Program-made: the position numbers and the translations under genes | From: Acholeplasmatales bacterium | GTDB lineage: Bacteria > Bacillota_I > Bacilli_A > Izemoplasmatales > Izemoplasmataceae | Length of the DNA: 64,000 nucleotides | Direction of reading: 5' to 3' | NCBI GenBank assembly: GCA_007694145.1 | Contig: RECF01000067.1 | Location: 53,960-117,959 of the forward strand | Shown here: positions 19,127 to 29,050 of the stretch, in pieces | Position numbering within the stretch: position 1 is the stretch's first letter | Layout: each line of letters begins with the position of its first letter | The notes under the pieces: generated by a model | Told to the model about the DNA's origin: nothing | Seen by the model: the letters and a program-made list of their open reading frames with translations, nothing else | Databases searched by the model: none

Positions 19127-20179
19127 GTGCGAAATCTTTATGGCGAAACAATCGAAAACTTAAAGCAGCAACTCATTGATGCCGGCTTCAAGGCCTATCA
19201 TGCCCGGCAAATCTTTGAGTGGCTGTACAAACACCAGGTGCAAAATATTGAGCAGATGGCCAACATCGGCAAAACACTGCGTCAGTATCTCAAGACGCAT
19301 TATACGATGACAGCCCTCCCGGTTTTCACCCGACAATGTGGTCAAGACGGCACATGCAAGTACTTGTTCAAACTGCATGACGAGCATCTGATTGAGACCG
19401 TTCTCATGCGTCATGACTACGGTAAGAGCCTTTGCATCACCACGCAAGTTGGCTGTAACATCGGGTGTGCTTTTTGTGCTTCGGGCTTACAAAAACGCAT
19501 CCGTAACCTGACCCCCGCGGAAATGGTGCTTCAAGTGATGGGCGTCATCGCGCATGAGGCGGTCACTTTGACGCACATTGTCATCATGGGCACCGGCGAG
19601 CCTTTTGACAACTTTGACAACGTGATGGACTTCATCGATATTGTTAATGCCCCGTATGGTCTTGAAATCGGCGCACGGCACATTACCGTCTCAACCAGCG
19701 GGATTGTCCCGAAAATTCTCGCCTTTGCAGAGCGACCCAAACAAGTGAACCTCGCCATCAGTCTTCATGCACCTAACAACACCATCCGCTCACGTTTGAT
19801 GAAAATCAACGATGTTTGGCCGATTGAGACCTTGCTTGACAGTGTCAAAACCTATATTGAAAAAACCGGTCGACGGGTAACGTTTGAATATATCTTGATG
19901 CGCGGTGTCAATGACAGCCTTCAACATGCCGATGCCTTGAGCGATTTGCTTCGGGGCATGAATGCCTATGTCAATCTTATTCGTTACAACGCCATTGACG
20001 AGTTCAGCTTCAAGAGCACCCCACACGACCGTGCCAAGGCGTTTCACGACCGTTTGCTCAAGCGTGGCATCCAGGCGACGCTCAGACGGGAGATGGGCGC
20101 GGATATCGATGCGGCCTGCGGGCAGCTGCGGGCAAAGACCGATCCCAACGTCAAAGATAGACCATCACGAAAAGATTAA
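19127..20179 (+). CDS. rlmN: 23S rRNA m2A2503 methyltransferase / tRNA m2A37 methyltransferase RlmN (radical SAM)
   Basis: The radical-SAM motif CNIGCAFC and an N-terminus homologous to RlmN (NLYGETIENL). There is no in-frame ATG; the start is set at GTG 19127 behind the SD gggtga. A TGgTATAAT element lies at 19101-19110. Confidence 0.85.
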   Translation: MRNLYGETIENLKQQLIDAGFKAYHARQIFEWLYKHQVQNIEQMANIGKTLRQYLKTHYTMTALPVFTRQCGQDGTCKYLFKLHDEHLIETVLMRHDYGKSLCITTQVGCNIGCAFCASGLQKRIRNLTPAEMVLQVMGVIAHEAVTLTHIVIMGTGEPFDNFDNVMDFIDIVNAPYGLEIGARHITVSTSGIVPKILAFAERPKQVNLAISLHAPNNTIRSRLMKINDVWPIETLLDSVKTYIEKTGRRVTFEYILMRGVNDSLQHADALSDLLRGMNAYVNLIRYNAIDEFSFKSTPHDRAKAFHDRLLKRGIQATLRREMGADIDAACGQLRAKTDPNVKDRPSRKD

Positions 20180-20270
20180 GGTGCATCACGCACATCGACT
20201 GAAACACCATGTCAAAATGGGGATATAGACGAAATGTCGCATCCACCAAGACCTAAGAAAGGGTGATCGT

Positions 20271-21137
20271 GTGAAATACGGTCGCATCATTAAACTTATC
20301 GGTGGGCAGTACACCGTGCTCACGGATCAAAACGAGCGCTTGCATGTCAAACCAAGAGGGCTGTTCAGACATCATGCGGTATCGCCGAAGGTCGGTGACC
20401 TCGTTACGGTTGAGGACACCTTGATCACCGCAGTCGAGCCCCGCAAGAATGATCTTGAGCGCCCGCCGATTGCCAATGTTGACCAAGCTATTCTCATTCA
20501 TGCGGCGCGAGAACCGGAGTTCAGCTTCAATTTGCTGGACCGTTTTTTGATTCGTATATCGATGGCCAACGTCGAAGCGGTGATTGTCGTGACCAAAATC
20601 GACTTGCTCAATGAAGATGAACTGGTGGCACTAAAAGAAAAACTTGCGTACTACGCCCAGTACTTCGATGTGCATTACACATCGGTCCGCGAGCCAGCAT
20701 CCTTGCAGGCGATGGAAAAGCTGCTTGTGGACAAGGTCAGTGTATTTGCCGGACAGACAGGCGCTGGCAAGAGCAGTTTGCTCAACGCGTTTGACATTCG
20801 TCTTGCGATTGAAGTGGGTGAAATCTCCAAAGCGCTTGGACGTGGCCGACATACGACAAGACATGTCGAACTGCTTGAAGTTTATGGTGGGCTGACCGCG
20901 GATACACCAGGATTCTCCAAACTTGATTTTACCGATCAGGACATCGATAATTTGGCGGAACACTACCCGGATTTCTTCGCCCGTTCACATCAGTGTCGTT
21001 TTCGTGGCTGTAAACATTTGAATGAACCGGGCTGTGCGGTCAAGGCGGATTTGGAAGCGGGCAAAATTTTGCGCGAGCGCTATGAAAACTATAAGCTTTT
21101 CCATGAAGAAATCAGCCAGCAAAAAAAGAAATATTAG
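20271..21137 (+). CDS. rsgA: Ribosome small-subunit-dependent GTPase A (YloQ/CpgA)
   Basis: A circularly permuted GTPase with motifs GQTGAGKSSLLNA and DTPG, and a C-terminal zinc-finger CRFRGCKHLNEPGC. GTG start. Confidence 0.9.
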   Translation: MKYGRIIKLIGGQYTVLTDQNERLHVKPRGLFRHHAVSPKVGDLVTVEDTLITAVEPRKNDLERPPIANVDQAILIHAAREPEFSFNLLDRFLIRISMANVEAVIVVTKIDLLNEDELVALKEKLAYYAQYFDVHYTSVREPASLQAMEKLLVDKVSVFAGQTGAGKSSLLNAFDIRLAIEVGEISKALGRGRHTTRHVELLEVYGGLTADTPGFSKLDFTDQDIDNLAEHYPDFFARSHQCRFRGCKHLNEPGCAVKADLEAGKILRERYENYKLFHEEISQQKKKY

Positions 21138-21149
21138 GAGTGTGTGTGT

Positions 21150-21794
21150 ATGATAAAAATAGCCCCGTCACTGTTGGCAGCGGATTTCAGTTGTCTCAGG
21201 GAGGAACTCGATACCATCAAGTCGGCAGAGTGGTTGCACCTCGATGTGATGGATGGTCACTTCGTCCAAAACTTGACTTTCGGACCCGGTTTGATCAAGG
21301 CGATTCGGCCTTACAGCAAGCAACAGTTCGACACCCATTTGATGATCGAAGACCCAGCGCGATATGTCGATGTGTTCATCGAAGCTGGAAGCAACCATAT
21401 CACCTTTCACGTCGAGGCCGTTTCAAACCCGCTTTCGCTCATTGAGCATATCCACGCTCGGGGTGTCAAGGCAGGGCTATCTTTACGACCGGCAACCCCC
21501 GTTGAAGTACTTGCTGACACGTTGCCCTTTTTGGATTTGGTGTTGGTCATGAGTGTTGAACCTGGGTTTGGCGGGCAAGCTTTTATACCGGAAAGTCTGG
21601 AAAAGATTCGCTGGCTCGCGCAAGTTAAAACACAAAGACAACTCAACTATGAGATTGTTGTCGATGGTGGCATCGATGACAAGACAGCGGCACTTTGTCA
21701 AGAGGCCGGTGCGACTGTGCTTGTTGCAGGGTCGTATGTGTTTGGTGCGAAAGACCGGGAAGCAGCGTTGGGACGGATGCGCCATGGTCGTTAG
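21150..21794 (+). CDS. rpe: Ribulose-phosphate 3-epimerase
   Basis: MIKIAPSLLAADF...HLDVMDGHFV is a canonical Rpe sequence. Confidence 0.92.
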   Translation: MIKIAPSLLAADFSCLREELDTIKSAEWLHLDVMDGHFVQNLTFGPGLIKAIRPYSKQQFDTHLMIEDPARYVDVFIEAGSNHITFHVEAVSNPLSLIEHIHARGVKAGLSLRPATPVEVLADTLPFLDLVLVMSVEPGFGGQAFIPESLEKIRWLAQVKTQRQLNYEIVVDGGIDDKTAALCQEAGATVLVAGSYVFGAKDREAALGRMRHGR

Positions 21795-22386
21795 AATCTT
21801 TGCAAGTCCTACCGACTACACCCTTGATGCGTCACGGTTTTCAAAGGACGATGTGCTGATCGGGGTGGACTATGGTGCCTACTATGCCTTGAAATCAGGC
21901 ATCGATTTGGACTTAGTACTGGGTGATTTCGACAGTACTTCGAGTGAAGAAACGACGTTTGTGAAGGCGCATGCACGCGTAATCAAAAATTTTTCCACAG
22001 AAAAGGACTCGACCGATTCGGCCCTTGCGGTCAAAGAAGCATTACGATACGATGCAGATGAAATTATCATCTATGGTGGCATTGGCAATCGGTTTGATCA
22101 CTCGTTTGCGAACATGATGCTTCTCAAGCTCGGCCCGATCACATGTGTCACCGACTCCGCGGAAATGTTCATGCTTGATCCGGGAATATATGACCTTCAC
22201 AACGATTTTCCCTACATATCTTTTTTCGCGATAGAACCGGTGAAACGGTTGTCGTTGCGTGGCTTCAAGTTCGACCTTGAGGCGTATGACCTTGACGTCG
22301 ATGATCCGCTTTGTATATCGAATCAAGGCGCGGGACGCGTTCAGTTTGACAGGGGTTTGTTGTTGGTCATAAAGAGCCAGGACTAG
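21784..22386 (+). CDS. thiN: Thiamine pyrophosphokinase
   Basis: VVRIFASP...VLGDFDS... motifs. The start overlaps the rpe stop. The order rsgA-rpe-thiN matches Bacillus. Confidence 0.8.
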   Translation: MVVRIFASPTDYTLDASRFSKDDVLIGVDYGAYYALKSGIDLDLVLGDFDSTSSEETTFVKAHARVIKNFSTEKDSTDSALAVKEALRYDADEIIIYGGIGNRFDHSFANMMLLKLGPITCVTDSAEMFMLDPGIYDLHNDFPYISFFAIEPVKRLSLRGFKFDLEAYDLDVDDPLCISNQGAGRVQFDRGLLLVIKSQD

Positions 22387-22453
22387 CGGTTTATATAAGA
22401 AAAAAAACACTTTTTCAAGTGTTTTTCCGAGAGGGAGAAATAGATTTTTCGCA

Positions 22454-22482
22454 AAAATAAAAAGCCGGCTTCTCACCGGCTC
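22454..22482 (-). terminator. Terminator of rpmB (minus strand)
   Basis: Stem gccgg...ccggc followed by a T-run on the minus strand. Confidence 0.55.
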
Positions 22483-22493
22483 AAAAGACAAGG

Positions 22494-22682
22494 TTACGCG
22501 CGTGTTAAGTTGTTCTTTTTAAGGGCGCGTGCGGAAACAAACACTGTTTTGGTCTCACCGTTTTCAACGATTTTGACTTTTTGCAGGTTGGCCTTCCACT
22601 TTCTTTTTGTAGCGGTCAAGGAGAAGGGACGGTTGTTTCCGGTCATGTTCTTTTTACCGGTGACATAACATGTTTTAGCCAT
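22494..22682 (-). CDS. rpmB: 50S ribosomal protein L28
   Basis: MAKTCYVTGKK...RPFSLTATKRKWKANLQKVKI is an L28 signature. Confidence 0.92.
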   Translation of the reverse strand: MAKTCYVTGKKNMTGNNRPFSLTATKRKWKANLQKVKIVENGETKTVFVSARALKKNNLTRA

Positions 22683-22939
22683 GATGAACCTCCATTCAAA
22701 ACGATTTTCAGTTAACCTAAAATATTATATCATAATTGTGAACTAATGCAAGAGATAAATGTTGTAATTCGCACTAAGGTGCACGAAAAGCTTATTTTGT
22801 TGCAATTGAAAAACGCTTGTGATAGAATATATTGTACTTTGATATTGAAACATTTGTGAATAACAAAAATGGTTCGTAAACAAACTAAGACCCTGCAAAG
22901 CGAAACGGGACACATTCCATATTTATAGGAGGCACCCCC

Positions 22940-24604
22940 ATGAGCCCGAAACAAATCGATGGCGATTTACTCAAGCTAATTATCAAGAATGGTTCGATCA
23001 ACCTTAAAAATAAAAGTCAGATTATCAATGATCTCAACGTTTTCCCTGTGCCTGATGGTGATACCGGCAGCAACATGCAGTCGACCATGATGTCAGGTGT
23101 TCAGGCCATAGACGGCCTTAAAAAAGAGTCGGTTGAAAAAATCGGCAAAGCGCTCTCGCGTGGTTTGCTGATGGGCGCACGCGGCAACTCGGGCGTCATT
23201 TTGTCACAGCTCTTCAGCGGCTTTGCCAAATCGTTCAATGAAATGGTCGTTGCCAATTCGGTGCAGTTCATCGAAGGATTGAAACTAGGTGTCCAGCAAG
23301 CGTATGGCGCCGTTATCAATCCCGTTGAAGGCACCATTTTGACGGTAGCCCGTGAAGCAGCCGACAAAGCGGAGACCGTGGCCACCGAAGATGCCGATAT
23401 CATTGATGTTCTCGAAGTGTATCTCAAGGAAGCGGAAGCGTCTTTGCAACGGACACCCGATCTCTTGCCGGTCTTGAAAGAGTGCGGCGTGGTCGATAGT
23501 GGCGCGGCAGGTCTAATTGTCATCATCGAAGGGATGATTTCCGCCTTGCGTGGTGAACTGTATGAAGAAACAGGGAGCAAGGAATCGGCAGGCGTCGGTC
23601 GGACGTTTGAGACGGATCAAACTGAGTTTGGATACTGTACGGAGTTCATCATTCAGTTGAATCCGAGCAAACGGTTTAACAAAGACAAGTTCATTCGACA
23701 GCTGAGCCGTCTTGGCGACTCCATAGTCGTCGTGGCCGATGAAGAAATTTGCAAGGTGCATATCCACACAGAAAAACCGGGTGATGCGTTAAACCTTGGT
23801 CAGATTTATGGTGAGTTTGCCAACTTGAAAATAGAAAACATGACCATGCAGCACTCCGAACTGCTCACCCATGCAGAAGATACCCACCGTATCGAAGAAA
23901 CTTACGGTCAAAGCTTGACGAGTAGCTTTCGAGTCGATACACGTAAAAAGTTCGGTATCATCACCGTAGTCAATGGTGCGGGACTCAAAGATATGTTCCG
24001 TGAGATGGGTGTGGACTATATTATTGACGGTGGTCAAACTATGAATCCAGCAACGCAGGATTTCATCGACGCCATCGATCACGTCAATGCCGACAACATC
24101 ATCATCATCCCCAACAACAAAAATGTTTTTCTCAGCGCGGAACACGCAGCGAAAAACGTCGAAGACAAAAACGTCGTCGTCTTGCCTGCAAAGACTATTG
24201 CACAGGGGTATGCCTCTTTAACGATGTTCGATGCGAATCAAGAAGCGGATGACGCCATCGAAGAAATGCATGACTTGATCGATCATGTCAAGTCCGGTGA
24301 AATTACGTATGCCATACGCGATACGGAAATCAATGGCTTCAAAATCAAGAAAGACGATTACCTTGGGTTGAAGGATGGCAAAATCATCTTGCATGACCCC
24401 GATCGCTTTGAAGCAGTTACAGCGTTGATTGCACAACTTGTTGACGATGAAAGCGAAATCATCACCCTTATGATCGGCATTGATGTCGAGGAAGAAGAAG
24501 TCGACAAGTTAAAAGACCACATTGCCAAACATCATGCCGAAGTTGAACTTGAAATCATTGAAGGCGAACAGGAAATCTACGCATACTTAATCGCAGTTGA
24601 ATAA
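22940..24604 (+). CDS. yloV: DAK2-domain fusion protein YloV (DegV/Dak-related)
   Basis: A 554-aa protein with the DAK2 motif DGDTGSNM and a DegV-like C-terminus, located upstream of recG as in Bacillus. Confidence 0.85.
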   Translation: MSPKQIDGDLLKLIIKNGSINLKNKSQIINDLNVFPVPDGDTGSNMQSTMMSGVQAIDGLKKESVEKIGKALSRGLLMGARGNSGVILSQLFSGFAKSFNEMVVANSVQFIEGLKLGVQQAYGAVINPVEGTILTVAREAADKAETVATEDADIIDVLEVYLKEAEASLQRTPDLLPVLKECGVVDSGAAGLIVIIEGMISALRGELYEETGSKESAGVGRTFETDQTEFGYCTEFIIQLNPSKRFNKDKFIRQLSRLGDSIVVVADEEICKVHIHTEKPGDALNLGQIYGEFANLKIENMTMQHSELLTHAEDTHRIEETYGQSLTSSFRVDTRKKFGIITVVNGAGLKDMFREMGVDYIIDGGQTMNPATQDFIDAIDHVNADNIIIIPNNKNVFLSAEHAAKNVEDKNVVVLPAKTIAQGYASLTMFDANQEADDAIEEMHDLIDHVKSGEITYAIRDTEINGFKIKKDDYLGLKDGKIILHDPDRFEAVTALIAQLVDDESEIITLMIGIDVEEEEVDKLKDHIAKHHAEVELEIIEGEQEIYAYLIAVE

Positions 24605-24632
24605 ATAGCCGCTAACACAGTGGCTTTTTTTC
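24605..24632 (+). terminator. Putative terminator after yloV
   Basis: A short stem followed by TTTTTTT. Confidence 0.4.
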
Positions 24633-24660
24633 TACACACTACCGCGCTGGAGGTGATCAC

Positions 24661-26664
24661 GTGTCGGCATTGAAAGCGCTCAAGGGCGTGGGAGACAAAA
24701 CGTTGACGTCGCTTCATGAAGAAGCGCTTTTTTCCTGTGAAGACATCGTTACACGTTGGCCGAAACGGTATGAGTCACGGTTTTTCTTCACGGATGATAG
24801 ATTGCCAGCGGATGCGTACGTTTATGTGGCCTTGAAGGCCACTTCAGAGATTAAAACAGCCCGAATCCGTCAAAAGCTGCAAGTGTTGTCTTTTGATGCG
24901 ATAGGTGTATCGGACCGTCAATGGCGTATCAAGGTATACAACCAGACGTTTTTGCGGCGCTTAGTCAACCCAGATGTCGCCCTCGTTGCCCTTGCTAAGC
25001 AAACGGGACCAAACACGTTGACAGCCATGCGCATTTGGCGCGCGCAGTCTTTCAGTGAAGGCATCGTACCTGTATATGGTTTAAAGCATCTGACCGACCA
25101 TCAGTTTACGAAGTTGCTCAAACAATGCTTGGCGATGATTCAGATGCGCCACGATCCGCTACCTGAAGAGCTGGTTAGAAAATATCGCTTACTTGATTTT
25201 CAGACGGTTTTGACCTGGGCGCATGAACCACCCGATGACGCAGCATTGGTTCAGGTCAAACGGCGGCTGAAGTATCAAGAGTTGTTTGACTATCAAATGC
25301 GCGTGCGTTGGCAACGGCATACCCACCGTCAGCTGCAAGGTTCTGCGAAGACCATCGATACCGTACGATTGCGCGAACTGGTTGAATCATTGCCTTTCAC
25401 ACTAACCGACAGCCAAAAAAAAACGTTGCGGGAGATTTATACAGACCTGGCCTCCCCGCGTGTCATGCATCGGTTGTTGCAAGGTGACACAGGGAGTGGC
25501 AAGACGGTGGTGGCATTCGTGAGTATGGCCATGGTCATCTGGTCAGGGCAACAAGTGGCATTCATGGCACCGACTGAACTGCTTGCGCGTCAACATTTCG
25601 ATACGTTGTCGGCATGGGCTGAATCGGCTGGGTTTAAGGTTGCCCTGTTGAGTGGTGCAACACCAAGCAAAGCACGCAAGGCTTTGCTACAACAACTAGC
25701 CAGCGGTACGCTTGATGGTTTGATTGGTACACACGCCCTTTTCAGCAAAGATGTGATCTATCACAATCTCGGTCTGGTTATTACCGATGAGCAACATCGA
25801 TTCGGGGTGGCACAACGCCATGCTTTGCAAAAAAAAGGCATGCGACCGGATGTGCTCTATCTCAGTGCAACACCGATTCCAAGAACACTCGGGATGACAT
25901 TGTTTGGTGATATGGATTTGTCAACGCTGGCGTCTAGACCCGGACAAAGCGATAAGGTCACCACCAAACTTGTCACGATGCAAGATCGACCGACTGTGCG
26001 TGAGGCCATGCGCAACGCGCTCAAGGCTGGTGAACAAATTTATGTGGTTGCGCCCTTGATCGACGATGCTGAAGATCAGTCGCAAAAAGGGGTTATCACC
26101 CTATATGAAACTTTGTGTAGACGTTATAAGGAAGCGAAAATCGGCCTTGTCCACGGTCGTCTTCCAGCCGAAGACAAAGCGACAACGCTTGAAGCGTTTC
26201 GCCGGGGCGCCCTCGATATACTCGTGGCCACAAGTGTGATCGAGGTCGGTATTCATGCCCCACTTGCTAGTCTGATGATTATCTACCATGCCGAACGGTT
26301 CGGATATGCCCAACTCCATCAGCTCAGAGGTCGTGTCGGACGGGCTCAGACGAAAGGGCTGTGTTTGCTGATTCATCCACAAGATCAAGCTGCCGTTGAA
26401 CGTCTTGAAGTCATGACGCGGGTCCATGATGGATTCGTTCTCAGTGAATATGATTTCAAGCAACGTGGCTTTGGTGATTTGGTCGGTCTAATGCAAAGCG
26501 GCCATCTCCGGTTTGAACATGCCGATCATGTCGAAGATTTCAATATCATGAAGTGTGCGCTAGAAGACGCCGAAGCGATTGTCGAAGCGTATCACAAAAC
26601 GGGTCGTTACCAAGGGTTCATTGAGCGGACGAAAAACCAATTGGCCCGTTATGCAAGACAGTAG
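24661..26664 (+). CDS. recG: ATP-dependent DNA helicase RecG
   Basis: A wedge domain and helicase motifs GDTGSGKT and DEQHRFG. GTG start. Confidence 0.9.
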   Translation: MSALKALKGVGDKTLTSLHEEALFSCEDIVTRWPKRYESRFFFTDDRLPADAYVYVALKATSEIKTARIRQKLQVLSFDAIGVSDRQWRIKVYNQTFLRRLVNPDVALVALAKQTGPNTLTAMRIWRAQSFSEGIVPVYGLKHLTDHQFTKLLKQCLAMIQMRHDPLPEELVRKYRLLDFQTVLTWAHEPPDDAALVQVKRRLKYQELFDYQMRVRWQRHTHRQLQGSAKTIDTVRLRELVESLPFTLTDSQKKTLREIYTDLASPRVMHRLLQGDTGSGKTVVAFVSMAMVIWSGQQVAFMAPTELLARQHFDTLSAWAESAGFKVALLSGATPSKARKALLQQLASGTLDGLIGTHALFSKDVIYHNLGLVITDEQHRFGVAQRHALQKKGMRPDVLYLSATPIPRTLGMTLFGDMDLSTLASRPGQSDKVTTKLVTMQDRPTVREAMRNALKAGEQIYVVAPLIDDAEDQSQKGVITLYETLCRRYKEAKIGLVHGRLPAEDKATTLEAFRRGALDILVATSVIEVGIHAPLASLMIIYHAERFGYAQLHQLRGRVGRAQTKGLCLLIHPQDQAAVERLEVMTRVHDGFVLSEYDFKQRGFGDLVGLMQSGHLRFEHADHVEDFNIMKCALEDAEAIVEAYHKTGRYQGFIERTKNQLARYARQ

Positions 26665-26735
26665 TTGTGCTATAATAATCCTAACGAGCACATTGTGAGA
26701 TACTGATAGATTATGTAAAAAAGGAGCGATTCTAG

Positions 26736-27734
26736 ATGATTAAAATAGCCATTGATGCCATGGGGGGCGACTATGCCCCGAAAGAGCAAATTGAAGGCGC
26801 GCTTATGGCGCTCAAACGCATCCCTGATATCACGTTGACACTATACGGCGATCCCGAAGCGATGGCCCCTTATCTCATCGATCATGAACGGTTGTCGATT
26901 GTACGTACAGAAGGCGTTATCGATATGGGTGAAAAAGATCCCATCGGTGCCATTCGCCGCAACCGAAACAGTTCGATGGCCACCGCGCTTTCAAGCGTCC
27001 GAAGCGAAGAACAAGATGCAGTGGTCTCAAGCGGGGCGACCCAAGCGCTTATTGCGGGTGCCCACATGCTGATTGGTCGCATGAAAGCCATGAAGCGGAC
27101 AGCCATCGCGCCGCTCATCCCTAAGGTCACGGCGGGTTACACGATTTTGCTTGATACGGGTGCCAACTTGGAAATCAAACCAGAGTTTATGGTCCAACAA
27201 GCCTATTTTGCGACCATTTATGCCAAAGAAATCATGGGGATTGACAACCCGTCTGTCGGTCTGATTAACATTGGATCTGAAGAAGGCAAAGGCCGTGATC
27301 TTGACCTTGAAGTTGCCCAACTGTTTAAAGACAACCCGAACATCAATTTTTATGGGAATGTTGAACCGAAACAAGTTCTCGATCCACCCTGTGATATTCT
27401 CATCAGTGACGGGTTTACGGCCAATATTGTGATGAAGACCATCGAGGGTACAGCGAAGGGCATCGGCAAAATGATGAAGCGTGAGCTTTATCGGGGGTTG
27501 TTGGGCAAAGTGGCATTGGTTTTGTCACTATTCAACTTAAAGCGTTTTAAAAAACGTTTGGCACCAGAAGAAATTGGGGGCGCCATGATTTATGGTCTAA
27601 AAGGCGTCGTCATCAAGGCGCAAGGTTCATCAAAGGCGATCGGTTTTTATAATGCCATTCGCCAAGCCGCCAGTGTGGTCCGTCAAGATGTGATTCAAAA
27701 AGTCACAGCGGTTATCGAAGGCGATGGTGAGTGA
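26736..27734 (+). CDS. plsX: Phosphate:acyl-ACP acyltransferase PlsX
   Basis: MIKIAIDAMGGDYAP is the canonical PlsX N-terminus. Confidence 0.92.
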   Translation: MIKIAIDAMGGDYAPKEQIEGALMALKRIPDITLTLYGDPEAMAPYLIDHERLSIVRTEGVIDMGEKDPIGAIRRNRNSSMATALSSVRSEEQDAVVSSGATQALIAGAHMLIGRMKAMKRTAIAPLIPKVTAGYTILLDTGANLEIKPEFMVQQAYFATIYAKEIMGIDNPSVGLINIGSEEGKGRDLDLEVAQLFKDNPNINFYGNVEPKQVLDPPCDILISDGFTANIVMKTIEGTAKGIGKMMKRELYRGLLGKVALVLSLFNLKRFKKRLAPEEIGGAMIYGLKGVVIKAQGSSKAIGFYNAIRQAASVVRQDVIQKVTAVIEGDGE

Positions 27735-27735
27735 G

Positions 27736-28413
27736 ATGCATGCGCTTGAAGAACTTTTCACTTTGTCTTTTGACAATCCAAGGTTGCTTGAGACAGCCTT
27801 GACCCACGCCTCTTATGCCAACGAGCACGGGACCGAATCCAACGAGCGGCTGGAGTATATCGGCGATGCCGTACTGGATGTCATCGTGGGCAAGTACTTG
27901 TACGAGCAGTATCCTGACGCGCATGAAGGTGCGCTGACAAAAAAACGGGCTAAATACGTATGTGAGACGGCGTTGGTCGGGTATGCCCAAGCGTGTCAGC
28001 TTGGTGAATACTTACGGCTTGGTCACGGTGAAGAAAAGAACGGTGGACGTCAACGCGTCGCCTTGCTGGCGGATGCGTTTGAAGCGCTGATTGGTGCTGT
28101 CTTCTTGGATAAGGGGTTTGATGAAGTATACAAAATCGCCCAAAAAGTCGTTTTCCCGCTTATCGAAGAAGAACGCACCAATGCCTTTGTCGATTTTAAG
28201 TCCCACTTGCAAGAGTTGGTTCAATCTGACAAGCGAAGCTTAGAATATCGTATCGTTGCAGAAAGTGGCCCGTCACACCACAAGTTGTTTGTGACACGCG
28301 TTTACATGGATGATATTCTAATGGGCGAAGGGGCTGGACATTCCAAAAAAGAAGCTGAACAGCACGCGGCAAAAATCGCCTTGCAAAAATTAGCGCGAAC
28401 CACACGAAACTGA
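27736..28413 (+). CDS. rnc: Ribonuclease III
   Basis: The RNase III signature ERLEYIGDAVL and a C-terminal dsRBD. An alternative start lies at 27724, overlapping plsX. Confidence 0.9.
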   Translation: MHALEELFTLSFDNPRLLETALTHASYANEHGTESNERLEYIGDAVLDVIVGKYLYEQYPDAHEGALTKKRAKYVCETALVGYAQACQLGEYLRLGHGEEKNGGRQRVALLADAFEALIGAVFLDKGFDEVYKIAQKVVFPLIEEERTNAFVDFKSHLQELVQSDKRSLEYRIVAESGPSHHKLFVTRVYMDDILMGEGAGHSKKEAEQHAAKIALQKLARTTRN

Positions 28414-28420
28414 AAAAGGG

Positions 28421-29050
28421 GTGAAAGGTTTGAAAAGGCTGCTCAAAACACTGATCCAAAAGGGCATCATCGATTATGAGATGCTCGTTCTTGAGTATTA
28501 CCCCGCATTTGGTTTGAGCCCGATCGAGGCGATGGCCTTGATTCGTTTGAACAATTTAGCAAGACAGGGCGAAGGATTAATCAAACCGGACAAGTTTGCC
28601 AAGTTACTTGGAATCACACCAAAGGAGACAGAAGACGTGCTCGCATCACTGATGGCCAATGGCTATTTACGAATTGGCCTGATGGAAAACGATGAGGGTA
28701 GGGAAAAAGAAACCTTCGACATTGACTATTTTTTAGTCAAAGTGGTGGCCTCATTTCAAGAAATCGACCAAACAAGGCAAGCGACCGAGACCCAACGTAT
28801 TGCCCAATACCTTGAAGAAACTTTCCAGAAGCCACTTACGCCACTTGACATCGAGTTGATCGGTAAATGGATCGAGGTCGAAGGTGTCACCTTCGCGTAT
28901 CTCAAAGAGCTGGCACTTGAAGCACTCAAGTCACCGCGCCCCTCATTGAAAACGATTGACCGATTGCTTTTGAAGAAAGAGCGTCAACCCGCACAAATCA
29001 TGAAGAAAAAAGATGTTCTAAAGGAGTTTTACAAACTGTGGGACGAGTAG
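28421..29050 (+). CDS. dnaD: DnaD-family replication initiation / membrane attachment protein
   Basis: A DDBH2 (DnaD) domain in the C-terminus (LTPLDIELIGKWIE...IDRLLLKKERQ). It lies upstream of nth as in the Bacillus dnaD-nth pair. GTG or TTG start. Confidence 0.75.
   Translation: MKGLKRLLKTLIQKGIIDYEMLVLEYYPAFGLSPIEAMALIRLNNLARQGEGLIKPDKFAKLLGITPKETEDVLASLMANGYLRIGLMENDEGREKETFDIDYFLVKVVASFQEIDQTRQATETQRIAQYLEETFQKPLTPLDIELIGKWIEVEGVTFAYLKELALEALKSPRPSLKTIDRLLLKKERQPAQIMKKKDVLKEFYKLWDE

Noticed and set aside
21553-21783. The upstream extension of the thiN ORF and the minus-strand and alternative-frame ORFs inside rpe (21168-21785).
   Set aside because: They are embedded in the well-conserved rpe gene. 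Thiamine pyrophosphokinase homology starts at MVVRIF (21784).
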